In this document: positions 28,003-39,133 of the stretch, piece by piece
Numbering within the stretch: the first letter of the stretch is position 1
How the letters are laid out: every line of letters begins with the position of its first letter
Assembly (NCBI RefSeq): GCF_009914755.1
Contig: NC_060925.1
Source: the human T2T-CHM13v2.0 reference genome, Homo sapiens
DNA length: 64,000 bases
Direction: 5' to 3' (one strand)
Notes under the pieces: generated by a model
What the model was told of the DNA's origin: nothing
What the model saw: only the letters and a program-made list of their open reading frames with translations
The model's database searches: none
Program-made: the position numbers and the translations under genes

Positions 28003-28918
28003 GACCAGGCACAGATCCCAGGCTGATTCATCTGGACATAAGGAGGGCAACTTCTGTCTTCAGGGACCATCAATCTGGCCATTTTCACTGGCACTTAATC
28101 TCCCTTAGAGCAAGGCAAATATTTTAGCATTCTTTTAAATATATATTTTTAAAGGTCTGGCTTTAAAGCCTAGAAGCTCAGGAAACCTGAGCTCAGGGTG
28201 AAATTCTCTTTGCAAGTAGGTTTGGGCCAGTGCAAATGACATGAATTATACTCACCATTACCTCAAGATGCACTGCTCCCAGTTGGCATAAAATTGCCCA
28301 TTTCCTGCTTTGATATAAGGGGCCTTATTCTCGACGCTCCATTGATGTCAGGAGCTACTATTTCGTGCCCGACACATTGGTCATTCTAATCACCCTAGCC
28401 TCCGTATCTGGGCCAAGCCCCACTCCTCGTTGGCCATATTTCTGACTCCATCTGCAGTTTTTACCACTTGAGTTCTTTGGACGGGCTCATATTATCCTGA
28501 AAGGTCCCTCTAGGGCATGTCAAGGGAATGGAGGAAAGCTTATAAGCAGACAGAATAAATAACAGTGCCATTAAGGGCCGTGGGAGACATAATTGGGAGA
28601 GGAACAATGGCGGTTCAGGACACCTCTCTGTGTGCACGTGTGTGTGATGTGTGTGCCTGTGTATGCATGCGCATGTGTGCACCTCCCACTGACGCCCAAG
28701 CTCACACAGAGCTGGCTCCCCGCCAGCTGCCCCATTTCCAGTGGCTTGTTTTACAGGAGAATTCAGTTCACATGTATTCCCACCTGGTGGTGGAGGAATG
28801 AACTCTGTCATCCCCTCCTGCCCATTCCACAGCTGGTTCTGCTTTAACAGCTGGTTTTGCAAACTCAAATTTTTTCCAATGTGGTTGATAGATTAGGGAA
28901 AATGTAAGCGTGATGCAA

Positions 28919-29121
28919 TTCTAAATTTTGAGTTTGTTTATGTGTGATTATGTCTGAAGAAATTTTTTAAAGATGCAGAAAATGTGAGTGTATGTAGGTG
29001 AATGCAAAAACCTGCACCCAGCCGATCAGAGCCACTTAGGAATCCACGAAACCTTCCCCACTTACATCTCTCACACCCCTCCTGACTACCTCAGTGCCTG
29101 GTGTAGGTTATGAGCCATGCT
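28919..29121 (+). repeat. Copy 1 of a ~200-bp local direct duplication
   Basis: Aligns to 33427-33628 with about 27 differences in 203 nt (manual count). Confidence 0.9.
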
Positions 29122-29663
29122 GGTGACATCTGGGGTTAGAACTCTCCATCTGCCCTGATCACCCTCCTTCCACCCCTCATGATGACTCCTGAGTTCCAGC
29201 CCTTTGGACGCTGGCATCCACAAGCCAATTCCAGGGTTTTCCCACAGTACAGTGCCATATTTACTGTGTTGTCTGCATTCCATAGCCATTTACTATGGAG
29301 AACAGGGGGCTGCCATACTGATTATGTTCTTCTCTTTCATAATATGTGTTACTATCCAGGTTTTTGAGTGCCCTCACAAGCCCTGTGGTTTTATTGTGCA
29401 GCTTTGCACAGGGAAATGACTTCTAGGAAGGTATGTGTTGTCTTATAGCAGATCTGACTCTGTGCTTTTATAATTCTTTGATACAGGAGCAGTTAACAGG
29501 CAAAATCAGAAATCATTGTGGTCATTTTAAACAACTCCCCTCAAAAAAAAATTTTAAGCCCATGAAGATATGCAGATGATAATCCAGAAAGACTGGGAAG
29601 AGAATGAGTAGGATCTCTCTGGAGGATGGAGAGAAATGGTTTGTGACAGAGTTTTGGGTTGCT

Positions 29664-32442
29664 CGTGGTGGGCTGAGTAATGTCCCCCAGAACATATCAA
29701 CATACGACTTCTCAGTATGTGTGAGTGTTATCTTAGAGGGCAAAAGGAATTTTGTAGGTGTGATTAAGGATCCTGGGATGATGAGGTTATCCTAGATTAT
29801 CTGGGTTGGCTAGAAATATGATCAGAGGGCACTTACAGGAAGAAAGCAGAGGCAGATTTGGCTACTGAAGGGGGTAATCTAAGGACTGAAGCCAGATGTT
29901 GTACTGGCTTTGCAGATGGAAGAAGAGGCTGTGTTTAGCTCATTTTCATGCTGCTGATAAAGACATACCCAAGACTGGGCAATTTACAAAAGAAAGAGGT
30001 TTATTGGACTTACAGTTTCACAAGGCTGGGGGGGCCTCACAATCATCACAGAAGGCAAGGAGGAGCAAGTCACATCTTATGTAGATGGTGGCAGGCAAAG
30101 AGAGAGCTTGTGCAGGGAAACTCCTGTTTTCAAAACCATCAGATCTCATGAGACTCATTCACTATCATGAGAACAGTGCAGGACAGACCCACCCCCATAA
30201 TTCCATCACCTCCCACCAGGTTCCTCCCATGACATGTGGGAATTGTGGCAGTTACAATTCAAGATGAGATTTGGGTGGGGACACAGCCAAACCATAACAT
30301 TCCAACCCTGGCCCCTCCAAAATCTCATGTCCTCACATTTCAAAACCAATCATGAAGTCTTAACTCATCTCAGCATTAACCCAAAAGCCTACAGTCCAAC
30401 ATCTCATCTGAGAAAAGGCAAGTCCCTTCTGCCTATGTGCCTGTAAAACAAAAAATAAGCAAGTTAGTCACTTCCTAGATAGAATGGGGGTACAGGCATT
30501 GGGTAAATACAGCCATTACAAATGGGAGAAATTGGCCAAAACAAAAGAGCTACAGGCCCCATGCAAGTCCAAAATCCAGCCACACAGTCAAATCTTAAAG
30601 CTCTACAATGATCTCCTCTGACTCCATATCTCACAACCAGGTCACACTGAGGCAAGGGGTGGGTTCCCATGGTCTTGGACAGCTCTGCCCCTGTGGCCTT
30701 GTAGGGTACAGCCTCCTTCCCGGCTGCTTTCATGGGCTGGCATTGAGTGTCTGTGGCTTTTCCAGGCACACGACGCAAGCCATCAGTGGATCTACCATTC
30801 TGGAGTCTGGAGGACAGTGGCCCTCTTCTCACAGCTCCACTGGGTGGTGCCCCAGTAGGGACTCTGTGCGGGGCCTCTGACCTCACATTTCCCTCCCACA
30901 CTGCCCTAGCAGAGGTTCTCCATGAGGGCCCTGACTCTGCAGCAAACTTTTACCTGGGCATCCAGGTATTTTCATACGTCTTCTGAAATCTAAGTGGAGG
31001 TTCCCAAACCCCGATTCTTCTGTGCACTCACAGGCTCAACACCACATGGAAGCCTCCAAAGCTTGGGTCTTGCACCCTCTGAAGCCACAGCCTGAGCTCT
31101 ACATTGACCTGCTTCAGCCATGGCTGGAGCAGCTGGGACGCAGGGCACCAAGTCCCTAGGCTGCACACAGCACGGGGACCTTGGGCTGAGCCCACAAAAC
31201 CACTTTTTCCTCCTAAGCCTCTGGGTCTGTGATGAGAGGGGCTTCCATGAAGACCTCTGACATGCCCTGGAGATATTTTCTCCATTGTCTTGGGGATTCA
31301 CATTTGGCTTCTTGTTACTTATGCAAATTCCTGCAGCTGGGTTGAATTTATCCTTAGAAAATGGGATTTTCTTTTGTTTCACATTGTCAGGCTGCAAATT
31401 TCCAAACTTTTGTGCTCTATTTTCCTTTTAAAACTGAATGCTTCTAACAGCACCCAAGTCATATCTTGAATGCTTTGCTGCTTAGAAATTTCTTCCACCT
31501 GATACCCTAAATCATCTCTCTCTCAAGTTCAAAGTTCCACAAATCTCTGGGGTAGGGGCAAAATGCCACCAGTTTCTTTGTTAAAACATAACAAGAGTCA
31601 CCTTTGCTCCCAAGAAGTTCCTCACCTGTATCTGAGACCACCTCAGCCTTGACCTTATTGTTCATATCACTATCAGCATTTTGGTCAAAGCCATTCAACA
31701 AGTCTCTAGGAAGTTCCAAAGTTTCTCACATTTTCCTGTCTTCTTCCGAGGTCTCCAAACTGTTCCAACCTCTGCCTGTTACTGCGTTCCAAAGTCACTT
31801 CCACATTTTCAGGTATCTTTTCAGCAATACCCCACTCTACTGGTACCAATTTACTGTATAGTCTGTCCTAACGCTGTTGATAAAGACATACTCAAGACTG
31901 GGCAACTTACAAAAGAGAGTGGTTTACTGGGCTTATAGTTCCACATGGTTGGGGAGGCCTCAAAATCATGGTGGAAGGCAAGAAGGAGCAAGTCACATCT
32001 TACATGGATGGCAGCAGCAAAGAGAGTTTGTGCAGGGAAACTCCCATTTTTAAAACCATCAGATCTCATAAGACTCATTCACTGTCATTGAGAACAGTGC
32101 AGGAAAGACCTATCTCCATAATTCAATCACCTCCCGCTGGGTTCCTCCCATGACACATGGGAATGGTGGGAGCTACAATTCAAGATGAGACTTGGGTGGG
32201 GACACAGCCAAACCATATCAGGCCATTAGCCCAGGAATGCAGCACTGCAATCTGGAAAAGGCAGGGAAGTGAATTTTTCCCTGGAAGTTCCAGAGGGACC
32301 ATGGCTCCATTGACATCTTATTTTTGATCTGGTGAGACGGATTTTGGACTTAAGACCTCCAGAAGTGTAAGAGGATTAGTGTGTGTTGTTTGCAGCCAAC
32401 CAAATTGGAGTTCTCTGTTACAGAAGCCACAGGAAACCAATG
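29664..32442 (+). mobile_element. MLT1D/E-like LTR split by a THE1B insertion (29664-29931 and 32221-32442)
   Basis: GTGGTGGGCTGAGTAATGTCCCCCAG...GATGGAAGAAGAGGC [THE1] GGCCATTAGCCCAGGAATGCAG...GCCACAGGAAACCAAT. Confidence 0.8.
29932..32220 (-). mobile_element. Full-length THE1B-like MaLR provirus (LTR 29932-30299, internal 30300-31854, LTR 31855-32220)
   Basis: Two LTRs around THE1-int; flanks GGCTG/GGCCA fit an ancestral GGCCG TSD with CpG decay on opposite strands. Confidence 0.95.
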
Positions 32443-33426
32443 GGCTTGTTCTGCTCCAGGACAATGGTGGACGGGCAGGGGCTGGAGGTGGCAGCAGCTG
32501 CAGCCAGATCCATTTGCTTGGTTTATGTGTGATCTAGGGGCTTGAACAGATGATGGCAGAATGGCATTGGCTGGAGATATAACTGCTCTGTGACCATCCA
32601 ATCCCTTTTAGTTGCTTGAAGAAAAAAATGCCAAGGTAGGTGGCATACCCAGCACAGAGACCCAGTATAGGCAGGCAATATATTTGGCTTTTTCCTTTTT
32701 CTGAGAAGTGACCAATTTCCTTTCTTCTCAGCTCTCCTAATCCTGGCTCCCACCTGCCCCTCACCCACTGCCTCATCCCTCAGATCAATGGGATGAAAGC
32801 CTTTCAGGAACTAACCCCACCCAGGGTGGTGTGCTCCCTCTTCTCTCAGCATCCAGGCAGCTCCTCATAACCCCCAGCCCCTTCCCCAGCTTGCTCTAAT
32901 TGTCCACTCAGGCGTGCCCCCTGCTTCTCTGTAACCCTATTATTGCAACACGGGAAAGCATTTTAGGAATGCAGTTTGCAGGAGAGGCATTATTAAGATG
33001 AAGCATTTTGGTATTGGGCTGCATTTTCTAGCATCCATCTTCCAAAAGTCATTAGTCAACTGTGTGGGTCTCGGGGGAGGATGGGCTGCACCAGCTCTGG
33101 TTTCCATGAGCAACAGCATCATTTCTGCCACCTGGGTGAATTCTTGGGGCCTGCGTCTCTGGTGCATTTCCATTGTATCTAATTTGGAGGAGGGCAGACA
33201 TGGAGGGTGGTTCTTGTGCCCCTGAGCTCTGCCCCAGAAAGTTTGGGATGTTTGTCTACTTGCTTTCCGCCTGGCTTTAGAGGTGTGGGTGGAGGTCACA
33301 CAGGTGTCCCAGGTGGGGAAAAAGGTCTAGCCAGGCAGACAGCAGGGGACAGTGGCCTGGGGACTCCATGCTTTCACCATTACCTTATTGCACTGGGCAT
33401 TGGGTTCCAGAAAGATCACATTGCCT

Positions 33427-33628
33427 TTCTGAGTTTTGAGTTTGTTTATGCGTGATTCTTTCTGGAGAAATTTTTTTAAATGCAGAAAATGTGAGTGAAT
33501 GTAGGTGAATGCAGAAACCTGCATCCAGCTGGTCAAAACCACTTAGGAATAAGCTAAACCATCCACACTCACATATCTCAAACCCCTCCTGACTACCTCA
33601 GTGTCTGGTGTAGGTTATGATTCATGCT
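33427..33628 (+). repeat. Copy 2 of a ~200-bp local direct duplication
   Basis: Aligns to 28919-29121. Confidence 0.9.
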
Positions 33629-33994
33629 ATTAATTTATTAATTGCAACAATAAATTAATTAAATAATTAACCCTTCACCCAGCAGATGCCAGGCACTATC
33701 TGCAGAGGTCACACAAAGTCTCTGTGCACCAGTTCTCCCAGGCTAGAGGGGAGGGGGCCACACACAGAGAAAAATCACCAGAAGATTCTTCCTCATTACT
33801 AAGCATGTTGCCCAGTATCCAGGCCCTCATGAAGACTCTCATATACCTGGGACTCTCATGATGTCTTTATTTTGAATCACAAAGTGCTAAGACATGATCT
33901 CAGTCAATGCTGGTCTTGGGTGCTCCCAGAGGGTGTTCAATGGAATCAGTTGACACAAAAAAGAAAGAGGCAGAGGAATATAACCTATTATCAT

Positions 33995-34609
33995 TGTGGG
34001 CGGCAAGCTACTCTAGTGCTGCTTTTAAAAGTTTTTCTTTTAAATTCCTCAAAAATTTCAAAAAATCAGTAAAACACTACAGCACCAACTCTCCTTTTAT
34101 CTGTTCCACATTAAAAGCCCTAACAAAAAATAAACATTTAATGCCCTATAACTAAAAAATTTTAACAAAGTCAGTCTTATCTAAATCCCAATATTTACAA
34201 TTCAAAACTTAATAAGTTAATACTATCCAAAAACACATTCATCTTAATCAAAACTCTAATCCTCCAGTTAACGTTACAGTTAACCAGTTACTAAAAATAA
34301 GCCAATAAGCTACAATTCAAAACCAAACTATACTAAATAATAAAGTTATTAAACAACTACAAAAATATTACCTAAATAATTAAAATTAAATTCAAAATAA
34401 TAACAATATATACCCATCTTTTACAGCCATCAAACAAAAACAACATAAACTCTATTCAAACTTTATTACCCATCTCCAAAACACAACAGAAAAAAACTAT
34501 CCTTAATAGCCACAGCCAACAACTTATTATAAAATGTATAACTTATAAACAAACAAATCCAAACTGTCAAACAGCTACTCGCCCCGTTAAAAACAAAATT
34601 CCACCCACA
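33995..34609 (+). mobile_element. Highly deleted HERV-K-class (HML-6/LTR3-like) mini-provirus
   Basis: Begins TGTGGGCGGCAAGC, ends CCACCCACA (imperfect terminal inverted repeat, TG...CA); perfect TSD ATCAT at 33990-33994 and 34610-34614; interior is gag. Confidence 0.8.
34021..34606 (+). pseudogene. gag: G-to-A hypermutated betaretroviral gag capsid fragment
   Basis: Translation AFKSFSFKFLKNFKKSVKHYSTNSPF...MPYN*KILTKSVLSKSQYLQFKT**VN...NPPVNVTVNQLL...YPSFTAIKQKQHKLYSNFITHLQ..(+1 shift near 34490)..TYKQTNPNCQTATRPVKNKIP is colinear with HERV-K Gag CA (YGPNSPY..PYDWEILAKS.LS.SQFLQFKTWW..NPPVNI..DQLLG..PSF..VRQG..EPY.DFVARLQ..AYENANPECQ.AI.P.KGK.P). Confidence 0.92.
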
Positions 34610-34671
34610 ATCATGAGTGTTATCTGTAATTATTCCTGGTATATAGCCTCACAGTTTCAAGTGTCACATGC

Positions 34672-35040
34672 TGTATTATTCTGTTTTTATGCTGCTATAA
34701 AGGACTGCATGAGACTGGGTAATTTATAAAAGAAAGAGGTTTAGTCAACTCACAGTTCTGTATGGCTGGGAAGGCCTCAGGAAACTTACAATCACTGTGG
34801 AGGGGGAAGCAAACATATCCTTCTCCGCATGATGTCAGGAAGAAGAAGTGCCAAGCAAAAGGGGAAAAAGCCCCCATAAAACCATCAGATCTCAGGCGAA
34901 CTCACTATCATGAGAACAGCAGCATGAGGGTAACTGCCCCATGATTAGATTACCTCCCACTGAGTCCCTCCCACAACAAGTGGGGATTATGGGAACTACA
35001 ATTCAAGATGAGATTTGAGGGACACAGCCAAACCACATCA
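34672..35040 (-). mobile_element. Solo THE1D-like LTR
   Basis: TGTATTATTCTG...GACACAGCCAAACCACATCA; perfect TSD CATGC (34667-71, 35041-45). Confidence 0.92.
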
Positions 35041-36290
35041 CATGCTATCACGAAAATCTCGTAAAGGTAGCTTTAAAAAGCAGCAGTGAGCAGAAATTAT
35101 AATATTCCCTTATAGGAGGATGAAGAAAACAGCCATCTTCATGTTATCCAAATAGAACTTGTGTCTTCATGCAAGATTTCTAATAATAGAATCAAAGGGG
35201 AATTGCAACAGCTCCATGACTCGACTAGCCAGAGAGGAAGCAGTTTGATTCCCAAGGAAAGTCTTCACCCTGAGATGCCTTCTGTAGCACCTGGATAAGC
35301 CTGCTTCATGAACTCTAAACTACGAATAAGGATTCCAGCTAATGCATTAATTCTACATATGCATCTCTAACTAAATGACTTAATAATATTAGCAGGCCCT
35401 TCATTATTTCATTCTTATCCAGAAGAAGTAACCATTCATGGCAACCACAAGGCTTTACGGCATGCTCTTACTGGGACATGACTGTGTGAGGCCTGGTCAC
35501 ACACATGGGCATGGATGAAGAATACTTTGAGTAAAGTGCTGAGATGTGAGTCAGCTCAGGACCAACTGAGGCCAGAGCCTTGAACAAGCATCAGGGAGGG
35601 TTTCTGGAAGGATTAATGACTGAGCTGAGTTGAAAACAAGTCCACAAAGACTCTGGGGTCGCTGGTTTTGGGAAACTGTGCCTGCCACACTGAGGAGCTT
35701 GGAATGTTTTCCAAGGATGAGGAGGTGATTGATGGAACTAGAAATGGTTCTTCCACAGTCCAGAATTATTTTAAATTATCCTCTTTGCTGTGCCGACAAA
35801 AATCACACCATCACAGAAACCTTTGGATTAGCATCCCCTCACCAGAAGGGCATCCAGGCTCCCATCAAACACACCATTACAAGACTTTGGGAATTAAAGA
35901 GGTCAATTTCTTCTCTGAGATGAGAAGCTTGGATTTGGAAGAGAGTGGGATGGAGCTTGGGTGAAATAATAGGGTCAAGGTGGGAGGAGGATAGGAGTAA
36001 CTTCTGGGAATGGGTACTTTAAGGAAGTGTTGAGGTGGGCAAATGCTCCTGGCAGGGGGTTGCTTGGAGGTGGGAGAAGAAGGAAAATGAGCAACTGTCC
36101 ATGCAAGGGGATGGTCATATGCAGTGAAGCAGAGCTCAGCAGACTTGGGTCGTCAGTTTCTCCACGTTCCAAAGAAAGGACATCCCTCAAGAAGCTCTTG
36201 AAGATAATTTCTGAGCCCTTAGGATATTTTGCCTGGCAAGAGTGTCTTTGTTTAACTCAGCCTTGGGCCAATCAGATAGCCTATGCTAAT

Positions 36291-36756
36291 TGTAAGTCAG
36301 GGATCTCTCAAGAAACAGAACCAGTAAGATAGATACATACATGTACAAAAGAAAGCTCATTATGGCTCAAGGGATTATGAAGGCTAAGAAGTCCCACTAT
36401 CTGCTGTTTATAAGCTGGAGACCCAGGAAAGTCAGCAATACATTTTAGTCTGAGTCCAAAGGCCTGAGAAACAGGGCAGCTGATGGTGGAAATCCCAGAC
36501 CAAGGACAAGAAAAGATAAGATGAGATGTCCCAGCTCAAGTACTCAGGACAAAAAGGGAGGCCAGATAAATTCCTCCTTCCTCCTTTGGGGTTAGATAAT
36601 GACCACCCATGTTGGGGAGGGCCGTTTGCTTTATCGAATCCAACAATTCAAATGCCCATCTCTTTCAGAAATACTGTTGCAGACACACCCAGCAATGATG
36701 TTCTATCTGGGCACCTCATGGTCCAGTCCAGTTGACACATAGAGTTCATCATCACA
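36291..36756 (-). mobile_element. MLT2B-like LTR (ERVL)
   Basis: TGTAAGTCAGGGATCTCTCAAGAAACAGAACCAGTAAGA...GTTGACACATAGAGTTCATCATCACA; TSD CTAAT/CTAAA. Confidence 0.85.
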
Positions 36757-37117
36757 CTAAAAATGTGATTCATGATGGTGCCTTGGGCCACATGGTATCA
36801 GCTTGACCCGGGGGAGCTGGAGACTGAGTAACTAAGGTCAGGCAAGTGGGTGCTGCATGCCTACGTGACCAGCCCCCAAGTAAAACCCTGCATGCCAAGA
36901 CTCAGGTGAGCTGCCCTGATTGGCCACACTTCCTATTTGCTGTCACACATCATTACTGGGAGAATTAAGCACTATCTTGCGACTCCACTATGAGAGAACA
37001 ATTAGGAGCCCATGGCTGGTTTCCTCTAGACCCTGCCTTATGCACATTTTCTCTTTACTGACTTGAACCTGTACTCTTTCACTGTAATAAACCATAACCA
37101 TTAGGATCATGGCTTCA

Positions 37118-37441
37118 TTTTAGGTTCAGGGGTACATGTGCAGGTTTTTTATTTAGGTAAACTTGTGTCATGGGGCTTTGTTGTACAGATTATTTTATCA
37201 TCCAGGTACTAAGCCTAGTACCCAATGGTTATTTTTCCTGATCCTTTCTCTCCCCCGACCCTCAAGCAGGCCCCAGTGTCTGTTGTTCCCCTCTATGTGC
37301 CCATGTGCTCTCATCAATTAGCTGCCACTTACAAATGAGAACATGCAGTATTTGGTTTTCTGTTCCTGCATTAGTTTGCTAAGGATAATGGCCTCCAGCT
37401 CCATCCACGTTCCTGCAAAGAACATGATCTCATCCATTTTT
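37118..37441 (-). mobile_element. L1PA13-16-like 3' end
   Basis: TTCAGGGGTACATGTGCAGG...GAGAACATGCAGTATTTGGTTTTCTGTTCCTGCATTAGTTTGCTAAGGATAATGGCCTCCAGCTCCATCC. Confidence 0.88.
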
Positions 37442-38753
37442 AGTATAATGACTTTTTAAAATTCTGTGAGTCCTTCCAGTGAATCACTGAACCCAAAGGT
37501 GGTCTTGGGGACCCTCAGCCTAAAGGAGAATACTGCAGAAGTATTTCTCTTCTGGTTACCCCATGCATAACTAGACACGTGAGCCACTATTCTGAGAGGC
37601 AGACTGGCCTTTGGTGGAAACCTAGCTTTCTAGTTGAGGGAAGAAGGGCATAGCTTAAAGAATGGCTGCAGAAGCAGAGGAAAGCCCAGTGCAACCAGGG
37701 GCTCTGTCCACCAAGACCCTTTTCTGCCCCCAGCTGCCCTGTGCTGCCACCTCTGTTCCCAGACAAGCCCCTGCTTTCCCACCTGGCTCAGTGCTTTGTG
37801 ATCACCATTCTTGGAAGTCTTCTTCTGTCTCTTCTTTGTCCCAGAGAATTTCTGCTCATCCTTTAAGATACAGCCCTAATATTTCACTGTCTCTCTGACC
37901 CACAAACCCACAGAAAGATAGGTTGCATTTAGCTCTATGACAGCATATTCTGTTGCTATCATGGGTCTTAAAGAGTGGGCTCAGGTGTCTTGCTCATCCT
38001 TGTGACACCACTGTCTAGACTACTCTACTACTGTAGAGACTTTAATTCCTGTGTGGTCGGCAAAACGATCCCAGAATTCTTCAAACAATTTACTTATCTT
38101 TTCAAGAACATATAATGAACGACCTTGGTTTTTATGTTTTGATTATCAAGAACTAATGTATGAACATAACAGAGGAAACATTAAGTAGCAAGTTAAGAGC
38201 TTGGATTCAAAAAACTCAAGATTTAACTAGGTCTGTAAATTGCCAAATGACTGTGTTGGTCTTTTTTCCCCACACTGGCTGTTAGCTTCTGTAGGAGATT
38301 TGGGTTAAGTCAGGGGTGAGAGTTCTATGACACATGAGCCACTATTCCTATCCTGTGTCCATGACAGACATGGCTAATCAATCATGATACTCATTCTCAC
38401 ATCTTTCTAAGCAGGTGGAACACATTTGGTGTGTGTGGAAATGAAACCTGCTGAGTAGCCTAGGGTTAGATGATCCCTAAGGTTTTCACATCCTATTTTT
38501 TTTGATCCAGATTGCTTTTTTTTTTTTTTTTTTAATCTGAGTCCAGCAATGTTGTCACAGATGGAAGGGAAGTGGGTAGCATGGGTTCTGTTGAAGTCAA
38601 TTCATGGCCATTCAGCCAAGAATTCTGCCAGAAATTCCTCATGGTTATGTCAAGTGGTCAAAAGTTGAGCTATATTCTATGTAGTCATTACTGGGCAGAT
38701 TGTCAGGCAATGAATTAAGTCATCTCTATTGAAGGAATTCCATAGAAAGGGCC

Positions 38754-39133
38754 TGTGGTGGGCTCATTTGAGTCTCCCAAAATCCATATGTTGAAGTCTT
38801 AACCCCCAGGATCTCAGAATATGACTGTGTTTGGAGATAGGGTCTGTGAAGAAGGAATTAAGGTTAAATGAGTTCATATGGTCAGGCCCTAATCCAATCT
38901 GACTGATTTCCTCATAAGAGGAGATTAGAACACAGACCCATGCAGAGGGATGATAATGTGAGGACACGGGGAGGAGACGGCATCTGTAAGCCAATGAGAG
39001 GCCTCAGTGAGAACCAGTGTGCCCACACCTGGATCTCTGACTTTCAGTCTCCATAACCATGAGAACATACGTTTCTTTTGTTTAAGCCCCTGTCTGTGTT
39101 GCTTTGGTTTGGCAGCCCCAGGAAAGAAATGCA
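38754..39133 (+). mobile_element. MLT1A/B-like LTR
   Basis: TGTGGTGGGCTCATT...CCCTAATCCAATCTGACTG...GGCAGCCCCAGGAAAGAAATGCA; TSD GGGCC/GGGCT. Confidence 0.85.

Larger units (their letters stand above)
36210..37520 (+). mobile_element. MER21C-like LTR carrying nested MLT2 and L1 insertions
   Basis: GCCTACGTGACCAGCCCCCAAGTAAAACCCTG...CTGTAATAAACCATAACC...TGTGAGTCCTTCCAGTGAATCACTGAACCCAAAGGTGGTCTTGGGGACCC. Confidence 0.75.

Noticed and set aside
33907-34155. 82-aa ORF running into gag as a functional fusion CDS
   Set aside because: Starts in flanking DNA, ends at the first edited Trp codon, and is heavily missense-mutated
34021-34609. A/C-rich, G-poor stretch as a mitochondrial insertion (NUMT) or plain low-complexity DNA
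   Set aside because: It translates colinearly to retroviral Gag CA including the MHR, and has TG..CA ends with a TSD; no mitochondrial gene motif was recognised
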